Below, one piece after another: positions 16,145-25,251 of a stretch of 58,233 bases of DNA (its first letter is position 1; each line of letters starts with the position of its first letter). The stretch is from positions 1 to 58,233 of the forward strand of contig CALLZN010000362.1 in the NCBI GenBank assembly GCA_937858895.1, read 5' to 3'. The DNA is from an uncultured bacterium (GTDB lineage: Bacteria > Planctomycetota > UBA1135 > GCA-002748355). The translations under genes and the position numbers were made by a program. The notes under the pieces were generated by a model. The model made no database searches, was not told the DNA's origin, and saw nothing but the letters and a program-made list of their open reading frames with translations.

Positions 16145-18331
16145 ATGCGAGTCCTTGCCTTCGTTCTCTGTTGTTCTGGCGCTGCGCTACCAGCGCAGTT
16201 GTCGTCACGCGGGACGGTCACTGGAGTCCACGTCGACTCGAGCCGAGGCGATGCTTCGATTTGGATCGTTGGCGACAACTACAAAGCCAGCTTCGACGCG
16301 CGCGGGGCCTGCTTCGTGCCCGACTTCGGCCCGGACGCCAGCCGGACTTGGCCCCTGCGCCTGACCCCGGTCGGACCCGCAGGAGCTGCAGCCACTCCTC
16401 GCTGCACGGAAGCTGGACGCATCACCTACCAGCGAGGTGGCGTGCAGGAGATCTGGGATCTCGACACCCGTTCGATGCGACAGAGCTTCGTCTTGCAGGA
16501 TCGGCCGCAGGGGCCGGTCGTGGTCGAGATCGATGTCGTGACGGATCTCGATTACTCAGAGCAGCGCGTGGACGGCTCGCTGGTCTTCGCCGGACCAGAC
16601 GGCAGTTTGTCCTACGGCTTAGCGACCGCAATCGACGCCACGGGCGCGCGTACGACCTTCGCGCCGCGCTTCCTCGATGGCTCCATCGTCTTGGAAGTAC
16701 CGACCGACTTCGCCCTGCACGCGGTCTATCCCCTTGTCATCGATCCAGTCGTCAAGAACTTGAACATCGCGACGACCGTGGACCGCGAGAGCGAGCCGAG
16801 CGTTGCCTACTCACCCCGCCAGGATCGATGGGCCATTGTCTATGAACGGCAGTTCTCGCGCACCGATCGCGATGTTTTCGTCGCCTTGCTGAATGGTAGC
16901 GGTCAGTCGATCGGCTTGTTCCCGGTGGCGACGACGCTCGACGACGAAGTCTCGCCCGGCGCCGCCGTGGCCTCGGGCACGGCGAGCGTCGATCGCTTTG
17001 TCTTTGGCTGGATCGAGCGTCCCGTGACGCAGAACTTCCCGGCCGTCGTCAAGGCGCGCCAACTCGAAGCCAATTCGACCACGCTGTCGTCCCAGACCAT
17101 CGTCGAAGCCTTCACCGGCACGGGCGGACTGCGGCCGACTGCGGTCGTGCTCGGCGGTTCGGTGGTCACGAATCGAACGCACGGCCGCTGTGTCGTCGCC
17201 TACGAATTGGAGTCGACGCTCAACCGCGAACTCAGGGCCAAGATCCTGACGACGAACACCAACGCCGGATCTGTTGGCAGCGTGATCTTCAAAGAGAAGT
17301 CACCTGGTTGCCGACCGAAACTCGCCGTCAACAAGTGTTCGGCGCAGAGCGAACGTTGGGTCCTGTCGTGGGGGAAGACTGGCTTGGCGCCGCTCTGTCG
17401 CGACGGGAACATCCACTTTGCTTGTATCAGCGGCGACGGTTTCGTCGTCAAGGCAAGCACCCAATTGGGGCAAGGTCGCCTCGAACACAGCCCATCCGTT
17501 GCCGGGGATGGTGATCGATTTTTCGTTTCGTGGATCGGCGATGCCAATGGCACGGCTCACGTCTTCGGCTCGTACTTGACAGTCGACGCCAACAACGCCT
17601 TCCGCGTCCGCCTCACTCGTGACTTGAGTTCGATCGAGCCGGGTGGTAACTCGGGTATCGACCATGAGACGCCAGTCGTCGACTTCGATGGCTGTCGCTT
17701 CGCATGTGCCTACCTCGAGGCGTCCAAGCGCGCCTCCGCGATGACCTTCGGAATGACGACGGATGCCAGCGCATTGCTCTTCTCAGAAGGGCGCGCAGCA
17801 CTCGGTGTCGCGTCGAGCGCCATCCAGTCGAGCCCATCCATCGCCACACGTGGCATTGGCGGTCAGCCGCCTGGGACCTTCCTCGTTGCCTGGCACACGC
17901 TCGAACAGAATCAAAACCTCGAGATCAAAGGCGCCTTCTACGAAGCGCGCGGAACGGGTGCGACCCGCGTCGTCCGCGCAGCCTGCAGCGCCTCACCGCC
18001 GGGCCTGGTGAGCGCTACGGCGCCGGCGCTGGGCCAGCGCTTTTCGATTGCGATGAAGGGCGCGACGGGCGCACCCCTGATGCTCTTTGGGCTCGATCGC
18101 GGCGTCGCACCTTTGTGCGTGACCAAGTCCGGCACTTGTGCCGTCATGGCGGACATCCTGTCGATCCACGCCGGACCGACCTTTGCGGTGCCGATCCCTT
18201 GCGACATCCGCCTCGTCGGTCAGCAGTTTGCGATGCAAGGCCTCGATGTGTTCGCTGGCGACGGATGCTCGCCCGCACTCTTCGGCTTCGCATTCCGCTT
18301 GACGGACATGCATGTCATCACCGTGCAGTAG
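16145..18331 (+). CDS. Secreted hypothetical protein (728 aa) with a C-terminal module shared with the next gene
   Basis: AAGGAG lies 6 nt upstream of the ATG at 16145. Signal-like MRVLAFVLCCSGAALPAQ. No recognised catalytic motif. The C-terminal ~110 aa resemble the C-terminus of the 18384..21308 product. Confidence 0.7.
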   Translation: MRVLAFVLCCSGAALPAQLSSRGTVTGVHVDSSRGDASIWIVGDNYKASFDARGACFVPDFGPDASRTWPLRLTPVGPAGAAATPRCTEAGRITYQRGGVQEIWDLDTRSMRQSFVLQDRPQGPVVVEIDVVTDLDYSEQRVDGSLVFAGPDGSLSYGLATAIDATGARTTFAPRFLDGSIVLEVPTDFALHAVYPLVIDPVVKNLNIATTVDRESEPSVAYSPRQDRWAIVYERQFSRTDRDVFVALLNGSGQSIGLFPVATTLDDEVSPGAAVASGTASVDRFVFGWIERPVTQNFPAVVKARQLEANSTTLSSQTIVEAFTGTGGLRPTAVVLGGSVVTNRTHGRCVVAYELESTLNRELRAKILTTNTNAGSVGSVIFKEKSPGCRPKLAVNKCSAQSERWVLSWGKTGLAPLCRDGNIHFACISGDGFVVKASTQLGQGRLEHSPSVAGDGDRFFVSWIGDANGTAHVFGSYLTVDANNAFRVRLTRDLSSIEPGGNSGIDHETPVVDFDGCRFACAYLEASKRASAMTFGMTTDASALLFSEGRAALGVASSAIQSSPSIATRGIGGQPPGTFLVAWHTLEQNQNLEIKGAFYEARGTGATRVVRAACSASPPGLVSATAPALGQRFSIAMKGATGAPLMLFGLDRGVAPLCVTKSGTCAVMADILSIHAGPTFAVPIPCDIRLVGQQFAMQGLDVFAGDGCSPALFGFAFRLTDMHVITVQ

Positions 18332-18383
18332 TCCTGCGAACGTAGCCGCGCTAGGCTGAGCAGCGGAACAGTAAGGAGTCGCC

Positions 18384-21308
18384 GTGAAGCTCGTACCCTC
18401 CCCTTGTGTGCTGTCGCAGCGGCTAGGTAGACCCTTGCTGGATGCAACCAGGAGCCGCACGTGCCGCTTGCTCCTCGCTGCGCTGTGCTGTGGGGCGGGC
18501 GCTCGGATGCCAGCCCAAGCAAAGCTGATCGCAGACCTCGACACGACACCTGTCATCACAGACGCTCGCGTGCAGCCGGGAACACGCAGTGGTTCGTTCG
18601 TCCGCCTCGGATCGTCGTTGATCTGCGCGGCACGCACGTACCGCGACGGGCTGAGCCTCCTCGCCGTCGATCCCGTCGCGAAGTCGCATCGCATACTGCT
18701 ACCCGAACTGCGGACCTTGCTGTTGCTGCCCTTCGAGATCTGCGAGCTCGGGGCAACGCGGGCGATCTTCGTTGGCTCTGATGCGAGCAACTTTCCGGTG
18801 CTCGGCGTCACGGACGGGACGCGTAGTGGCACGCAGTTCTTGAAGCGACTCAGCAAGACACCGAGTCTGATCCAGCTCACATCGCTCGGGTCGCGCGTCC
18901 TGTTCATCGATGGCATCGGTACAGCGCTGGGCTCCGAGCCCTATATCACGGATGGCACACCGCAAGGCACGCAGCTCGTGAAGGACCTCGCACCGGGGAG
19001 CGAATCGTCCTACTGCGTTGTCCTCGGTGTCGACCCGACGAGGTCGCGTGCTTTGCTCGCCGCACAGCTGCGGACAGGCCCAGCGCTCGTCGTCACGGAC
19101 GGATCACCTGCCGGAACCGTTACACTCACTCCTGCCCGCGACTTCGGTCTGGACGCGGGCATTGCCTGGCTCGACTCGAAGCGCTTCGTCTTCCAAGGCC
19201 GCGATACGACGAACGGCGCCGAGCCTTGGGTGAGCGATGGCACACCCAATGGAACCAAGCAGATCGCGGATCTGCGTGTGGGAGTCGACTCGAGCACGCC
19301 GCAGCGCTTCATCACACTTGGTGGGCGCGCCTACTTTCGTGCCTCGGACGGGCAGTCGTTCTCGCTCTATTCGACGGATGGATCGTCGGTAACGAAGCAC
19401 GTCGTGCTCGGTGGCCTCGCCTCACGACAGTTCGAAGAGCCAACGCTTTATCAGGGTCGGATTTACTTCACCTCGAGTACGCCTGCACATGGCATCGAGC
19501 TCTTTTCGACGGATGGCACCGCGCAAGGAACAGGCATTGTCGCGGATCTCGAGCTCGGCGCGGCATCTTCCGAGCCACGCATGCTGACGGTCGCTGGATC
19601 GTCACTCTATTTCTCAGCGAGCGTCGCATCCACCGGACGCGAGCTGTGGTCGACGCAAGGCACCGCAAGCAGCACGAGCATGGTCATCGACATGTCGTCC
19701 GGACAGGGCTCGAGTGCGTTCTTCGGAATGACAGCGCTGGCGTCGGGATCGCTTGCCTTCCTTGCCGACGACAACTTGCACGGTATCGAGATTTGGACGA
19801 CCGACGGCAGCGCGCAGGGGACCCAGCGTTACGACTTGTACGATGTGCCAAACGCGACCGCGGACTCGCTGCCGCTCGACTTTTTGTCAATTGGTAACCG
19901 CGCGGTCTTCCTCGCCGGGCGACCTGGCAGGTCTCGGACCCTCTGGGCTACGGATGCTTCCGCGAATGGCACCTTTCCGCTCTTGTCAGCGCCGGACGAC
20001 ATCATCGGTGGTCTCGTCTCGATCGGCCCTCGTGCGCTCTTCCTCAGGCGGACTGGAGCGTCGCCGAACCTCTGGGTGACCGATGGCACCCCCGCGGGCA
20101 CTCGAGTTTCGATCACGAGCCTGCCTACACAAGAACTGCGGCCGCTTGGCGTTGGGCGTGCGCTCTACTTTTCGACACAGGGCATGGGCGTGACCGACGG
20201 GACGCTGCTCGGATCGCAGCTCTTCCATGGTCCGGTCCACGCAGCCGCTGTCGCGTCGTCGCGTCAACGACCTGATGGGACGTTCGCGTTCGCGGACGGC
20301 CGAACGTTCTGGATCAGCGACGGCACTACTGTTGGAACTTCAAGGGCCTTCGATCTTTGCACCGTTACGCCATGCCTCCGGCTCATTCGCGAGATCGTCC
20401 CGTTTGCTTCGGGTTGGTTCTTCAGTGCCTATACAGATGCCCATGGCTTTGAACCTTGGTTCACGGACGGGACAGTCCAAGGCACACGTATCGTGCGTGA
20501 TATCCGCCCCGGGGTGACAGGTTCCGAACCACGCGAGCTGCAAGTGCAGGGTGGACGTGTTTGGTTTGTGGCGAACGACGGGACGCATGGTGAAGAACTG
20601 TGGTCCAGTGACGGCAGCACAGTTGGCACGCAGCTCGTGCTCGATGCAGTCCCTGGTGAGGGAGGACTCGAACCGCGCTATCTCACGCCTGTCGGCGCGG
20701 AGTCTGTCTACTTCGCCGGGAAGGTCCCAGATCTCGGCGCGGAACTTTGTCGCGTGCATGCGCGAACTGGCCAGCTGTCTTTGGCTGCGGATCTACAGCC
20801 GGGTCCGGGTGCAAGTCGTCCCCACAATGATGATCCAGCACTCGTGCCTAGGCGTCTCTGTGTTGTCGGCAACGAAGTGATCTTCGCTGCTGATGATGGC
20901 GTGCACGGCCACGAACCTTTCGTTTGGAAGCACGGCGCGACGGCAACCGAATACGGTCACGCGTGTCGGGCTGGGCAACTCGAATCGCTGCAAGATCCGC
21001 ACTTGGGGACGACGGTCACGTTTCGCCACACAGCAAACCCACCGAACTCTCGTCTCCACGTCTTGGGGCTCGGCTTGCCGGACTACGACGGGCTTCGACT
21101 GCCAGGTACTGCATGCGCGCTGCACCTCGACCCCAGTAGCTGGATCCATGTCGCTGTCAAGTCCACGTCAACGTGGAACCTTGCAGTGCCGATTCCAAGC
21201 AACCTAGCGTTGCTCGATGTCCGGATCGGTTGGCAAGCTCTTTCCCTGGAGGCATCGGCGCTTCGCTACGAAGCGTCGAACGCTGTCGAATGGGTGCTCG
21301 GTCGTTGA
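18384..21308 (+). CDS. ELWxxDGT-repeat beta-propeller protein (974 aa, about 14 repeats), secreted
   Basis: AGGAG lies 5 nt upstream of the GTG at 18384. Repeats include GSEPYITDGTPQGTQLV, GAEPWVSDGTPNGTKQI, HGIELFSTDGTAQGTGIV, GRELWSTQGTASSTSMV, HGIEIWTTDGSAQGTQRY, HGFEPWFTDGTVQGTRIV and HGEELWSSDGSTVGTQLV. Confidence 0.85.
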   Translation: MKLVPSPCVLSQRLGRPLLDATRSRTCRLLLAALCCGAGARMPAQAKLIADLDTTPVITDARVQPGTRSGSFVRLGSSLICAARTYRDGLSLLAVDPVAKSHRILLPELRTLLLLPFEICELGATRAIFVGSDASNFPVLGVTDGTRSGTQFLKRLSKTPSLIQLTSLGSRVLFIDGIGTALGSEPYITDGTPQGTQLVKDLAPGSESSYCVVLGVDPTRSRALLAAQLRTGPALVVTDGSPAGTVTLTPARDFGLDAGIAWLDSKRFVFQGRDTTNGAEPWVSDGTPNGTKQIADLRVGVDSSTPQRFITLGGRAYFRASDGQSFSLYSTDGSSVTKHVVLGGLASRQFEEPTLYQGRIYFTSSTPAHGIELFSTDGTAQGTGIVADLELGAASSEPRMLTVAGSSLYFSASVASTGRELWSTQGTASSTSMVIDMSSGQGSSAFFGMTALASGSLAFLADDNLHGIEIWTTDGSAQGTQRYDLYDVPNATADSLPLDFLSIGNRAVFLAGRPGRSRTLWATDASANGTFPLLSAPDDIIGGLVSIGPRALFLRRTGASPNLWVTDGTPAGTRVSITSLPTQELRPLGVGRALYFSTQGMGVTDGTLLGSQLFHGPVHAAAVASSRQRPDGTFAFADGRTFWISDGTTVGTSRAFDLCTVTPCLRLIREIVPFASGWFFSAYTDAHGFEPWFTDGTVQGTRIVRDIRPGVTGSEPRELQVQGGRVWFVANDGTHGEELWSSDGSTVGTQLVLDAVPGEGGLEPRYLTPVGAESVYFAGKVPDLGAELCRVHARTGQLSLAADLQPGPGASRPHNDDPALVPRRLCVVGNEVIFAADDGVHGHEPFVWKHGATATEYGHACRAGQLESLQDPHLGTTVTFRHTANPPNSRLHVLGLGLPDYDGLRLPGTACALHLDPSSWIHVAVKSTSTWNLAVPIPSNLALLDVRIGWQALSLEASALRYEASNAVEWVLGR

Positions 21309-21376
21309 CATGAATCTGTGACCGACTCACGCGTCCAATGAACTGGAACACGGGCAACTTGGTGGGAACAAACACT

Positions 21377-22033
21377 ATGCAACTGATCTTGGGCTCAAAG
21401 AACTACTCCAGCTGGTCCCTCAGGGCCTGGCTCGCTGCGGTCCTCAGCGGACAGCCTTTCGACGAAGTCCTGATCCACTTCGACCAGGACTCGGATCGCG
21501 CAGAGCGCCTGCGGCATTCGCCTACGGGCAAGGTGCCGGCCCTCGAGGACGGCGGCATCCTTGTTTGGGACAGCTTGGCGATCAGCGAGTACTTGGCTGA
21601 GCGCTTCCCCTATGCTGGCCTCTGGCCAGAGGACCGCGCAGCGCGCGCTTGGGCGCGCGCGATCAGCGCCGAGATGCACTCGGGTTTTCAGGACCTGCGC
21701 CAGGAGCTGCCGATGAACATCCGCAAGCTAGTGCCTTGGCGCGAGCGCTCGGCGGGCACGATGGCGGACATCGCGCGCATTGATCGCATCTGGTCCGAGA
21801 CCCGGGCGAAGTTTGGCAAGAAGATCGGTGGTCCCTTCCTGTTTGGGCGCCCCAGTTTGGCGGACGCCTTCTACGCGCCGGTCGTCGCGCGCTTCCAGAC
21901 TTACCAGCCGCCGCTCTCGACTGAGGCTGGGACCTATGCAGAGGCAGCCTGGAATTGGGACCCCATGCGGACTTGGTGCGCCGCCGCCCGCACAGAGGGG
22001 CATGAGCTGCCGGCCTATGATGCCAAGGCTTGA
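21377..22033 (+). CDS. Glutathione S-transferase family protein
   Basis: MQLILGSKNYSSWSLRAWL...SPTGKVPALEDGGILVWDSLAISEYLAERFP shows the thioredoxin-like GST N-domain with the conserved cis-Pro/Ser region. An alpha-helical C-domain follows. Confidence 0.85.
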   Translation: MQLILGSKNYSSWSLRAWLAAVLSGQPFDEVLIHFDQDSDRAERLRHSPTGKVPALEDGGILVWDSLAISEYLAERFPYAGLWPEDRAARAWARAISAEMHSGFQDLRQELPMNIRKLVPWRERSAGTMADIARIDRIWSETRAKFGKKIGGPFLFGRPSLADAFYAPVVARFQTYQPPLSTEAGTYAEAAWNWDPMRTWCAAARTEGHELPAYDAKA

Positions 22034-22066
22034 TACAACGGCCAGAGGACCACTGTTGGCGAAGCG

Positions 22067-23701
22067 TCAACGCCCATTCGTGCCGCCGAGCTTGACGTAA
22101 GTCTCGTATTGCGTGCCGAGGCGGCGGCGCAAGAACTGCTCGAGGCTGCCGTATTGCTTCATGCGGCGCTCGTGGTCGAGGCGTAGCCAATGGTTGCGCT
22201 CTTCGATCTCCTTGACGTCCGTGTGGCGCGCGAAGCCGTTGTCGTACGTCGTGCGCCCATACCACAGCTCACTGAGTGACAAGCGTTCGTAGACTGGCGC
22301 CGCGGTCGCGCGTTGCCATTCGACGACGAGCGAATCGCCCCAGTCGCGCAAGGTCTGTTGGCGACCTAGCGCTTGCTTTTGCGCGAGATCCGTCGCTCGC
22401 TCTCGCTGCAATTTTTGTTGAAGGGCTGTCAACTCTTTGCGCAAGTCCGGCGACTGTGTTCCTTGAAGCACCCGCTCGAGGGCCTCCGGACTACCGGGCC
22501 AACGCAGCGCGTACTTGGCGAGCACGTCGCCACGCCAGCGCTCGGCGATGGCACGTGCCATGCTCTCGTTGCCGACGCGGATGTGCTCGTCGATGGACGC
22601 GCGCTCGGCGGCATCGGCAGCCAAGCGCTCGCGCTGCGCGCGCGCGATTGCCGTCAGGTGCTCCCCGAGCCGCTCCTTCACGGCCGCCTGATTGGGCACA
22701 GTGCCGAGGCGGTCGAAGGCGTGGACGAGGCCCGCGATGCGATCGTCGACGCCGTCTTGGCGGTAGACCTTGACGAGGTCGTAGGTCCGGTCTTCGCAGT
22801 GCGCGATGAGCAAGTCGAGGGTCTCGCGGCCCTGTTGCACGGTCTGCGCTTCGACCGTGAGCCAGTGTTGCAGCGGTGTGCGCTTCGCGAAGTCGCCGCT
22901 CAGTAAGCCGAGTCGCTCGCGACCGTCAGCGCCGCGGCTCACGATGAGCCAAGCATCGTTGCCCGCATGGCTCGCGCCCCGCGAAGTCCACGCGATGGCA
23001 CGGAGACCTAGATAGCCTTCAACGCCCGGACTCCAATCGCTTCCGTCGCTCTCGAGCAGGGCGAAGAGTCCGTTGCCGAGTCGGTGCACGAGCCGGCCAC
23101 CGTGGCGCCCGACGGGGGAGAGGCGCGCGCCGCCCCCCGCGCTTCCCTTCCCCCCCGCGCGCGGGGCGACGACCGCCTCTTCGGCGCTGCGACGCCAGAC
23201 AACGGCGCCGGGCAGCCCCCAACACGAGTCCGAAGCTCCGCGGAGCTCGGCGGCAACGCTGCCGTCCAGGCGCAGCACCGCGATCACGTGTTCCCCCGCC
23301 TTGTCCGCCGGCCGCACCCCGACCAGGAGCGGGGCCGCATGCACAGTCGTGAACGGCGTCGTCCAAACGCGACCGAGGCGACGGTCATCAACCTCACCTT
23401 CGCTCGTGCGGAAGCTGTAGCAAGCCTCGCCAGGCTCGCGCACGGCGAGCAGACGCGGGCTCAAGACGACGAGGTCCTGGTACTGAGCAGCGAGCAGTTC
23501 GCCCGTGCGACGATTCTGGCGCAGGCCGTAGCGACGCTGTTTCGGCTCACGCGACGTGGTCTCCGCGATCGTGCGCCAAAGGTCGGGGCAGGCCGGCATC
23601 GCCATGTCGCCGCGCGCGATCGGCGGCGCGGCGCAGGAAGTCACAAGTGCGAGGCTGCCACAGGTGCTCGCGAGGCGCCGGAGGCTTCGTAATGTCGGCA
23701 T
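22067..23701 (-). CDS. Hypothetical lipoprotein with a C-terminal coiled-coil region (544 aa)
   Basis: The ATG at 23701 is preceded by AGGAG (minus strand reads aggagtcgcATG). Signal is MPTLRSLRRLASTCGSLALVTSC (lipobox). The ORF-track extension to 24049 is Arg-rich junk. Confidence 0.65.
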   Translation of the reverse strand: MPTLRSLRRLASTCGSLALVTSCAAPPIARGDMAMPACPDLWRTIAETTSREPKQRRYGLRQNRRTGELLAAQYQDLVVLSPRLLAVREPGEACYSFRTSEGEVDDRRLGRVWTTPFTTVHAAPLLVGVRPADKAGEHVIAVLRLDGSVAAELRGASDSCWGLPGAVVWRRSAEEAVVAPRAGGKGSAGGGARLSPVGRHGGRLVHRLGNGLFALLESDGSDWSPGVEGYLGLRAIAWTSRGASHAGNDAWLIVSRGADGRERLGLLSGDFAKRTPLQHWLTVEAQTVQQGRETLDLLIAHCEDRTYDLVKVYRQDGVDDRIAGLVHAFDRLGTVPNQAAVKERLGEHLTAIARAQRERLAADAAERASIDEHIRVGNESMARAIAERWRGDVLAKYALRWPGSPEALERVLQGTQSPDLRKELTALQQKLQRERATDLAQKQALGRQQTLRDWGDSLVVEWQRATAAPVYERLSLSELWYGRTTYDNGFARHTDVKEIEERNHWLRLDHERRMKQYGSLEQFLRRRLGTQYETYVKLGGTNGR

Positions 23702-23780
23702 GCGACTCCTATCGGAAGGTTCGGGCCCTCCTGCTGAGGGTCCTTGCCAGCGTCCGAGGGCCAGCGTAGGACAGCTCTCC

Positions 23781-24195
23781 ATGGACGCAGCCGAGCCGCT
23801 TCCCGACCCTTCCAATGGCTGGGAAGCTGCTGCCACCACGTCGCTGCCAACGCAGCGACATCGAGCATCGGCGTCGCCACGGTGCGAGCGTGGGCCGACA
23901 CATTGCCGCTTGGCGCCACCCTCGACCTTGCCTGTGGGCCGGGCAGCGCGCGCTCGGCGCAGCTCGCCGATGGCCGCTTCGCGCTCTATGCGGTCGATGC
24001 GGCATCGAGCCTGGCACGTGCTTACGCGACGCGCTTTCCGCGTGCGCACGTCGAGGCGGCCGAAGCATCGAGCTACTTCTCAACAGGTCCTTCGACGCCT
24101 TGTTGGCGTGGGGCCTGCTCTTCTTGCACACGGCCGAAGCACGCTCGCGGCGCAACACGAAGACGAAGGACAGAACCACTACTGCGACACAGTAA
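23781..24195 (+). pseudogene. Decayed and truncated class-I SAM-dependent methyltransferase remnant
   Basis: Motif I and its surroundings (VRAWADTLPLGATLDLACGPGSARSAQLADGRFALYAVDAS) sit in one frame. The expected downstream block NRSFDALLAWGLLFLH is in the next frame. A plausible N-terminus (MDAAEPLPDPSNGWEAAA) is in a third frame. The reading ends at about 138 aa, in an AT-rich patch (cagtaaaagtaaaagcg). Confidence 0.4.
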
Positions 24196-24267
24196 AAGTA
24201 AAAGCGTGAGTCGACGGCTACCCGACCCTGCTCGTGCGCGCTCGTGCAGGGCGTGCAGGAAGGCGCT

Positions 24268-25074
24268 TCAGCCGCGCGCGACGCCGCGCTTCGCGCTCAG
24301 CGCCTCGTAGCAGCGGTCGAGGACCGCGCGCAGGGCCCAGGCGCGGCTCGCCGCTTCCTTCTCGGTCATGGCCTTCTTGCTGCCCTCGACGGCTCGCTTC
24401 TTGACGTCTGCCGGCACGGCCTCGGCGACGCCGATCGCGCGGCAAGCAAGCAAGTAGACGCTGGCGCACGACGCGGCGTCGCCCTGGTTGAAGAGCGGTG
24501 CGCCGACCTCGACCGCGAGCTCGATGAGGTCACGGGCGCGCTTGACCTTGGTCTGCTCTGCGTCTTCCTTGGCCTCGGGCAAGAGCACAGTGTCGATGAT
24601 GTGGACGACGCCGTTCGAGGCGCGCACGTCGTTGACGACGACCTTGGCGTCGCCGACCAGGAGCTGACCGCTCTCGAGGCGGACCTGGAAACTCGTGCCT
24701 TCGAGCGTCTTGACGGTCTTTGCCCCGAGTGCTGCGCTCGCGTCGAGCGCGCTCGGCGCTGCGTGGGCCGTGAGGATGGCGACGAGCTTGGCCTTGTTGG
24801 CCGGATCGAGGAGTGCTTCGAGCGTCCCCTTGGGCAGCTTCGCGAAGGCCGCGTTCGTCGGCGCGAAGACCGTGAAGGGACCCTTGCCGCGCAAGGTGTC
24901 GACGAGCCCCGCGGCCTTGACCGCCGCGACGAGGGTCGTGAGCGCCTGGTTCTCGGCAGCCACGCTGACGATGTCCTGCTTGCTGCTCGAGGCCTGCGCT
25001 GCGAGGGGCGCGAGGGTGAAGGCAGCGGCCACTGCGGGGGTGCAAAGGGCGAGGAGAATCGTCGGAATCTTCAT
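24268..25074 (-). CDS. Fasciclin (FAS1) domain protein with signal peptide and about 100-aa helical C-terminal extension
   Basis: MKIPTILLALCTPAVAAA signal. FAS1 hallmarks: DIVSVAAENQALTTLVAAVKAAGLVDTL...GPFTVFAPTNAAFAKLP...VVNDVRASNGVVHIIDTVLLP. Confidence 0.9.
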   Translation of the reverse strand: MKIPTILLALCTPAVAAAFTLAPLAAQASSSKQDIVSVAAENQALTTLVAAVKAAGLVDTLRGKGPFTVFAPTNAAFAKLPKGTLEALLDPANKAKLVAILTAHAAPSALDASAALGAKTVKTLEGTSFQVRLESGQLLVGDAKVVVNDVRASNGVVHIIDTVLLPEAKEDAEQTKVKRARDLIELAVEVGAPLFNQGDAASCASVYLLACRAIGVAEAVPADVKKRAVEGSKKAMTEKEAASRAWALRAVLDRCYEALSAKRGVARG

Positions 25075-25251
25075 GAACTTTCCTGTTTGGTGGTCAGCGC
25101 GCAGGGGGGATCCGAGCGCGAAGGACGGTCTTGGGAGCGTTCCGCGTCTCGTTCAAGGGCAGCTGCTCATGACCTCGCTGTGTTCGAAGTCCGTGCTGTC
25201 CTCGCCGCCTTGCTGCCGCCTCGCCAGCACGTGCGCGCAACCACGACGCTC

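Noticed and set aside
24226-24251. Hairpin ccctgc-N14-gcaggg downstream of the fasciclin gene, near an AT-rich patch, as a rho-independent terminator. A similar hairpin lies at 41226-41254 (cttcg..gtcgt-aaag-acgac-cgaag) downstream of the IMPase gene.
   Set aside because: The stems are short (5-6 bp), with large loops or bulges and no adjacent U-tract. I cannot distinguish them from chance in GC-rich DNA.
24244-25251. N-terminal extensions offered by the ORF track: 24244-25251 for the GT-C protein, 37653-38012 for the ParA fusion, 34162-34464 for ParA, 23702-24049 for the lipoprotein, 47373-48026 for the TPR lipoprotein, 42179-42433 for IMPase, and 49219-49815 for the Nudix gene.
   Set aside because: The extensions are low-complexity Arg-rich sequence. 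They overlap better-supported genes or run antisense to them. Internal starts are supported by SD motifs, signal peptides or ATGA/TGATG coupling.
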